Part shown: piece by piece, positions 58,353-64,000 of the stretch | How the letters are laid out: every line of letters starts with the position of its first letter | How positions within the stretch are numbered: the stretch's first letter is position 1 | Assembly (NCBI GenBank): GCA_013416795.1 | Contig: RQSC01000005.1 | Span: 74,263 to 138,262 of the forward strand | DNA: 64,000 nucleotides | Origin: Prasinococcaceae sp. CCMP 1430 | Taxonomy: Eukaryota > Plantae > Prasinodermophyta | Direction: 5' to 3' | The notes under the pieces: generated by a model | Seen by the model: only the letters and a program-made list of their open reading frames with translations | The model's database searches: none | Told to the model about the DNA's origin: nothing | Program-made: the position numbers and the translations under genes

Positions 58353-60146
58353 TCACCACTGCAGCGCATGCGCGACTGCGTGCCTCGCGGCTACGGCCTC
58401 GAAGGGCTCGGCACCGCGCTCGAAGCGCGAGCGGTACCACGCGCGAAAACGCGGCACCGGGCCGTCGCCTCGCGCGAGCCCTGGCCGCGCGAGCATCCTC
58501 TTGCGTTCCCAAATGGGCAGGTCGCGTTCGAATTGCTCAGCGAAGGTCGCGTGCACGACAGCACTGATAAAGCGTGGCACGCCACGCGGTGCGTGCATGC
58601 GGTGGCGCACGCGCTGCCTGAGTGGCGAGAGCGGCGTGACGGTCTGCACCATGCACACGCCAGGGGCGCCACGGCACAGCGCGCGCAGCCTTAGGTGGAT
58701 CGCTCGGTGGGTCAGCCAGTCGGGCACAAATAGCAGACAGGCGATGCGCACGTCCACGCGTCACACTTGCGAGCATTGCTTGGCGGCGCCTGCGCTATGA
58801 CGCACGCACCATGGGGGGAACTCGAGTTCTACGACAGTAAGCGCGCCCGGCCCACACTGGCGCACGCGCCCTTGCATGGTCGCCACGCGAACGCGTGCCC
58901 CGGGTCCACCAACAGGGAAGCTGAGCTCAACGTGGGAGACGAACTGCGCGCGGCACACGTCAGGTCCGAGGTGTTCGCCCCAGCACGATGAAGACGAGCT
59001 GTGAGAAGGTTCACTCGATGTTCCGTTGGCATCGGCATGGTCCCTCAGGAGTTCGCCACTTGGCCCAACCCACTCGAACTCCCAGACATGGTGCACGCAC
59101 GCGAGCGCGCCGCTCGAGTGGAGCGTGCGCAAGTGCGCAACATCGGCCGCGTTCTCGGGAATGTCGCGGATGTGTGCATGCACATCATGTGTGACGCTGT
59201 GGATGGGGCAAGACGCCGTGCTCGGGTCGCGTGCGAACAGGGCCTCCCAGTCCGGGCGAGAGCAGAGGCTAATGAGGCCGAAAGTGGGGCGATTGACGCA
59301 ACTGTCAGTGCTGCGTTTGGTCTCGGCGCTCGTGCGACCATCAGCTCTGTCCTCGCGCGAGTTCTTGGTCCACCCCGCTGACGTCGGCGCCATTTCTTCC
59401 TCCAGCGTCGTGTCGGCATTTACGCTGCAGTGCCCAGCGTTTGCGATCCACGCCCAGACAAGGCCAAACTTGACCTCCGTGGGGTATGTATTCAGCCCAG
59501 GGACGCGGGCGCAACTCTTTGTGTCCCCGACGTCGCCATAGGCTTTCACGCATCTCCCGTCGTCCTGGCCGAATTCGAAGCCGTGAAAGGCGCAGCGAAC
59601 GGCGCTGCGCCCATCGCCGACCGCGTCATGCACGACAATGCCACCGCCTTCCCCTGCAAGGCTGGCACCGAGATGGGGGCAGTAAGCATCGGCGACGGTC
59701 ACACCTGCTGCTGCTCCTCTCGCAGCTCCGTTGCCGTTGTCGTGCATCCACACGATGAGCGAGCGCCCCGCTGCGCTCACAGCCACCGGCCGCTCACTGG
59801 CGCCCTTTGCCTCCAGCTCCGCAAGTGACCCGAGAGCGTACCATCCGGTCGGATACGGCGGCGGCAGCGAGGCAGCGTAGCCGTCGGTGTTCGGAGAGGC
59901 CAGCATGCGCCCCACGAAGCTGTTCGGCCCCAGCCCCTCGAGTGCCGCTCTTCGCTCGCGCGCCGCCCCGGCATTCGCCGGAGGAACGCACAGGAACCAC
60001 GTCGCCCCGCGCTCGGCGAGTACGCGCAGCAGCCACCGTAGAGCCGTCGACAAGCGCACACAGAGCGCTGTGAGTAACCAAAGAAATGACACGAAAATGG
60101 CGAGGCTCGCTAAGTGCAGGGCGACGAATGCGGCAGAGCTGTGCAT
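58353..60146 (-). CDS. Rieske non-heme iron oxygenase, Neverland/DAF-36 (cholesterol 7-desaturase)-like (exons 60146-58810, 58689-58353; an upstream start at 60254 is possible)
   Basis: N-terminal TM, PPPYPTGWY, Rieske DAYCPHLGA..CAFHG, Fe motif ENAADVAHLRTLH. C-terminal QFERDLPIWERK..P.L..GDGPVPRFRAWY..LQW after intron 58809-58690. Confidence 0.85.
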
Positions 60147-62290
60147 GGTGATGATGGACCCGCCCTTCCGAGCGAGCTGCTGCGTGCGAATGAGGAGCTG
60201 GCGGTCGGTAATGCGCAAGCGCTCGGCGCTCGCTGCGCGTGTGCCGAGTGACATCCGGCGTCAAGGGACTGGCGCAACAGCCTCGCTCTGCCCACGCGCG
60301 GATGTGACAGCCTCAGCATTGCAACAGCCGAGGTTTTCAAGCCCCTCTGCCGGGCTTCAGCAGAATACACGCCAGTGTTTTTCGATTGGGGAACGGCGCA
60401 TAACAAAATGCATTGCGGTGCGATCCATCGCCGCGGGTGGTTTTTGAAGAGGGAAAAAAAGTCCGCCGCCGCCGTTAGGGCGTGCTGCATACACACAGCT
60501 TGCGCCAGAGCGGTGCCGTGCCCCCCCCTCCCCCCCCCCCCTCCCCTTCCCCTCTCTCGCGCGGGGAGGCGCGCCACGGGGCCGTGCTCCGGCGGCGGCA
60601 CCGCCTCGCGCTCCCCTTTTCACGCCGCACCTCTGCCGCTCTGCGCCGCGTCGCCGTGGTCGCGGCGGAGGCGGATGTGCGCGTGCTCGTGGCGGTGGCG
60701 GCCCGCACGCTCAGCCCGGCGGGCTCGGCGGTCGCCCATCAGCAGGTGGTGAGTGCGCGCGCGCTCTAGAGAGCGCCATCGCACGCGCGGTTGCACCTGA
60801 TGAGCTTGCAGACCTTTGCTTTCACAGTTGATGAGCACACCGCCCGCTCGTGCGGGCGGCGGCGTGAATACAACGACATAAGTCGCACTGATGCAACGCG
60901 CGCGAGCGAGCGCCGCCAGGGCGGGCGAGCGCGCGCCCTGCCGCTGCCCTCGCCAGCGCTGACAGTGCTGCGCCGCGCCTCACGCGCACGTTCATCACTC
61001 CTAAGTGGGCCCCACGAGGGTCGTGCCACGCAATACCTGCAGCGTTGGCTCCAGCGTACGTCCGCACATCTATGTGCTGTACCCGGCCGAGGAACCTGGC
61101 GCCAGCCAGACGCAGGAGGTGCGCATTGCTGCGCGTGCCTGTGCAGCTGCTTCCGCGGAATCAGCGATAGTGGCGAGAGCGGACAGCGTACGCTCCTCGC
61201 ATTCCGCCTCACTCGCGCGTTTGCACAGCACAGTGATGTCACGCACCCCTCTGGGGTGCACTACTGCGTTATCTTTCAGCAGCGTCATCTTAGACGCGAG
61301 GACGACGACATACTCTATTCTGAGTGTTGGTGCATGCTCGATGCCACGCGTGCCTCGAGCACGGCCGCGGCGCCGGCGTCCGTGTGCGAACGTTGCGTTG
61401 CCTCACCGCTGCTGACGCCGGGGCGTGGGCGCGGGCGTCTCATCCGCAGCTCGCCCGGGTTCCGCCGCGCGACGGCATTGCGCAGCGACGAGTGGGTGAT
61501 CAGGTGCGTCGCGGGCGCTCGCGACTGCGCGGCCCAGCGGCTCGCGCCCGCAGGTCGGAGATGACAAAAACTCTACCCATTTCTGGACGCTCACTTGAGC
61601 GGATGATACCTCATTCTACAAACGAGGTGCGTGTTGTCGCTCTAGCCAACGCGTCAAACTCTCCCCCCACAAACACTCGCCTCAAGTGCTCATATGGGCA
61701 GACCTCATTGATGCGTGCAACCTGTGCAGCGCGCTGACACGGCTAGCCGCGCCGATGCATTGCAAAGATTTCTGCCTGAGACCTGCATGCCATCGCCATG
61801 CGTTTGTCGCCGCGCCTGGGCCGACGCGCTCGCGGCGTGGCGCCACTGACAACAGCCTGCGCACTCCAATGTCCAACGCGACACCGCGCATGCACACCAT
61901 ACCCCTGGCGCACTTGTCGCTCTTGTGCGACCAGGTGGCGCTCGACAGTGCCAGACCAACAGAGTGGCATGCCCCTCTCACTCGCTAGTGCTTTTCCTCC
62001 TCACAGCGACTGGTGTCTGCCGACACCGCCACTTCAGAACAGACCCATGCGCTCTGCTCACCCGCTCCGCACTGGCACGCACACCCGACCTTCAGCTCAA
62101 GCGCGCTGGGAAGCGCGTGCATTGTGCTGGCTTCGCGTACCACGCCACGCGCGAGGAAGAGCGACCATGTGCGCAGCAGTGTCGCGAAGGCCTCTGGAAA
62201 GAGCATCCGCATGCCCATGCGCGTCGTGGATTGAGTATACTGGCACGCGTCTATGCCTCTCCGTGCGCCCTACCCACGTCACCACACCAC

Positions 62291-64000
62291 CTACCGCCGC
62301 GCCCGCCTCTTTTTTGCGGTCATTCGCTTCTTGGCTAGCCGCCGCCTTCGCTCCTCCTCCTTGGCGCGCGCGCACTTGCCGTGGGTCCGAACCTCGCGCA
62401 TCATCTCCGCCTGAAAGGGCAAAAAGAATTCGCCGAGCTCTTTGCGTAGATCGTCGCTCAGCTCTTTGTTGTCGTAGCTCGCGGTCGCGTAGATGCCACC
62501 ATTGATCGTCGAGAGTCCCGTTGCTTCCGCGCGCTTGATTTGCCCCTTATCTTTGATACCCACGTTGGCAGCGAGCATGCGCACCGTGCGGCTGTAGTTT
62601 GCGTGCGTTGACTCGAGAGAGTACAGCGATACAGACTCGCATGGGAATCGACTCGTCCACTCGCGCGCGTACAGATAGTAAAGGGAGTGCAAGACAGGCG
62701 AGTAGTACGGGGCTGACGGCCCCCTCTGAGAGCTCGCGCACGTCGGCGCTCGCGTCACATTCGCACGGCCACCCGCCGAGGAATCGTCCGCGCGCAGCGC
62801 CACTCGCTCGCTGAGCATATGCTCGGCGACGCGCTCGGAGCGCTTCACACACTTCCTGAGCTGGTCCCACGTGGAGGCAGGCGTGAGCTTGCACTCGTCG
62901 CGCGCGACTTCGAGCAGCCTCCTCAGCATCACCTCGGAAGTGAGTTCAGCACACGCCGGGCTGGCGCCCTGCACGAGCGGCACCGAGACGTCTCGCGGGC
63001 GAGAGGCGAGGGCAGCCTGGTCGACGTCACTGCAGAGCACGTCGTAGCAGCGATGCGTGTACCACATTGTGTGATGCGAGTGGGCGCGCGCGACGGGATC
63101 TCGCACTGAAATGAGCACATGCGCGCGGGGGAAGAGCGCGCGCATGAGCTCGGCGGTGCACGGCGCCTTCCTTCCAGAGCCGTACAAGGGGCTGAACTCG
63201 AAGACGCGCCGCCCGCACTCGCCACCGCCACGGAGCGCGTCGTCGGCGCCGCGCTCGCCGCGCACGCTCTGCAGGTAGTCGCGTCGCAGCTCATCGCGCA
63301 GCGCCAGCGCCCGCTCAGCAGTGCCCGCCGCCTCCTCGACGGTGCTGTTGAGCTCCGATTCGCTGATCCCCCACATGCCGCGGCCCCCGCCCGCCGACAT
63401 CACAGGCGCGAAGTTGGCCATCCTTTTCTGCAGCTCGCGTCTATCCTCCTCGTGGCCGGCGTATTCCATCGCGTGCGCCAGCGAGGTCCCCTCCCAGTCG
63501 AAATTGACCTCCTTCGTCGTAGGGCCGCACGCGCGCGGCGCGAGCTGTCGCATGATGGTGTCGAGCTCGGTGGTCCCCGCTTTGAAGAATCCCACGCCGA
63601 CGACCAGCTCCACGTCGGCCGCGCCCTCATCAGCCTCCGTCGTCAGGTCCTTTCTGAGCACATTCGCGAGCGCGCACGCTGCCTGCGGCCCGGGATGGCG
63701 CCCCGGACCAGACGTAGCGCCGCCCGCGCCGCCGGCGCCAGCGCTGTCATTTCCGTCGCCCCCGCGCCCGCCCGATGCCCGTCCCTGTCCCTCGAACGTG
63801 CCCGCATCAGCGATGGCGCCGAGAGCGCGCGCGCGCGTGAGCGCGCGGGCGAAGCCCATCCCCGGGTCGTTGCCTTGTCTCACAGGCACGATCATTGCAA
63901 GCATCGCGACGCCGAGGAGGGAGGCGCCGACGATGGCCACGCCCACGAGGAGGCGCGCTCGGCAGCGGCGCGCCCCCGCCGCCGCCGCCGCCGCGCTGGC
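62291..64000 (-). CDS. Type II membrane PAPS-dependent sulfotransferase (heparan-sulfate sulfotransferase-like); start may lie beyond the window
   Basis: Signal anchor GVAIVGASLLGVAMLAMIV, 5'-PSB GFFKAGTTEL, KE..F, 3'-PB RDPVARAHS, terminal L.EFFLPF. Confidence 0.82.
   Translation of the reverse strand, partial: ASAAAAAAGARRCRARLLVGVAIVGASLLGVAMLAMIVPVRQGNDPGMGFARALTRARALGAIADAGTFEGQGRASGGRGGDGNDSAGAGGAGGATSGPGRHPGPQAACALANVLRKDLTTEADEGAADVELVVGVGFFKAGTTELDTIMRQLAPRACGPTTKEVNFDWEGTSLAHAMEYAGHEEDRRELQKRMANFAPVMSAGGGRGMWGISESELNSTVEEAAGTAERALALRDELRRDYLQSVRGERGADDALRGGGECGRRVFEFSPLYGSGRKAPCTAELMRALFPRAHVLISVRDPVARAHSHHTMWYTHRCYDVLCSDVDQAALASRPRDVSVPLVQGASPACAELTSEVMLRRLLEVARDECKLTPASTWDQLRKCVKRSERVAEHMLSERVALRADDSSAGGRANVTRAPTCASSQRGPSAPYYSPVLHSLYYLYAREWTSRFPCESVSLYSLESTHANYSRTVRMLAANVGIKDKGQIKRAEATGLSTINGGIYATASYDNKELSDDLRKELGEFFLPFQAEMMREVRTHGKCARAKEEERRRRLAKKRMTAKKRRARR

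Noticed and set aside
1877-58809. Introner-like repeated introns
   Set aside because: The introns share only short donor/branch motifs and GC-dinucleotide runs. I saw no extended identity or terminal repeats between them, although no alignment was run.
61555-61626. In-frame TGA in a short exon-like segment as possible selenocysteine
   Set aside because: There is no redox motif or recognisable SECIS, another frame is open, and the segment is not shown to be coding.
55263-64000. Including the sulfotransferase in a sterol-sulfate gene cluster
   Set aside because: It has a type II membrane anchor and glycan-sulfotransferase-like motifs rather than cytosolic sterol SULT features, so a link is unsupported.

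Overview
This is eukaryotic nuclear DNA, very GC-rich and gene-dense, from a draft assembly with three N-gaps and one single N. About 25 protein-coding genes can be reconstructed, many split by short spliceosomal introns (donors mostly GTGCG/GTGAG/GTGTG, often with a CTGAC-like branch site). Ala/Arg-rich N-terminal extensions without signal peptides, AAACCCTA-type boxes and TGTAA 3' signals suggest a green alga, possibly prasinophyte-grade; this is inference only. Genes in order: GH3 beta-glucosidase, CFAP410, acyl-CoA thioesterase, DUF6632-like membrane protein, tandem GST-N/thioredoxin protein, MFS transporter, COG4337/iota-type carbonic anhydrase, SDR, BPI/TULIP-like + 2xPqiA membrane protein, fumarase, DoxX-like protein, USP36/42-like deubiquitinase, FKBP-like protein, class-3 lipase, alpha/beta hydrolase, a Cache-repeat receptor kinase-cyclase, a 14x FG-GAP surface protein, DDX3/DED1 helicase, a bromodomain/PHD protein, TMEM43, ankyrin-DHHC, GH3 xylosidase, Patched/NPC1-like transporter, Neverland-like Rieske oxygenase and a sulfotransferase. 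The most notable observations are: (1) the MFS and carbonic anhydrase genes appear to start head-to-head from one palindromic CATG; (2) a TULIP-like/PqiA fusion that may be a one-chain lipid transport system; (3) a receptor with about four Cache-like sensor modules, an apparently active kinase and a cyclase; (4) a Neverland-like sterol desaturase next to an NPC1/Patched-like transporter. All family assignments come from motif recognition by eye; no database searches were run.
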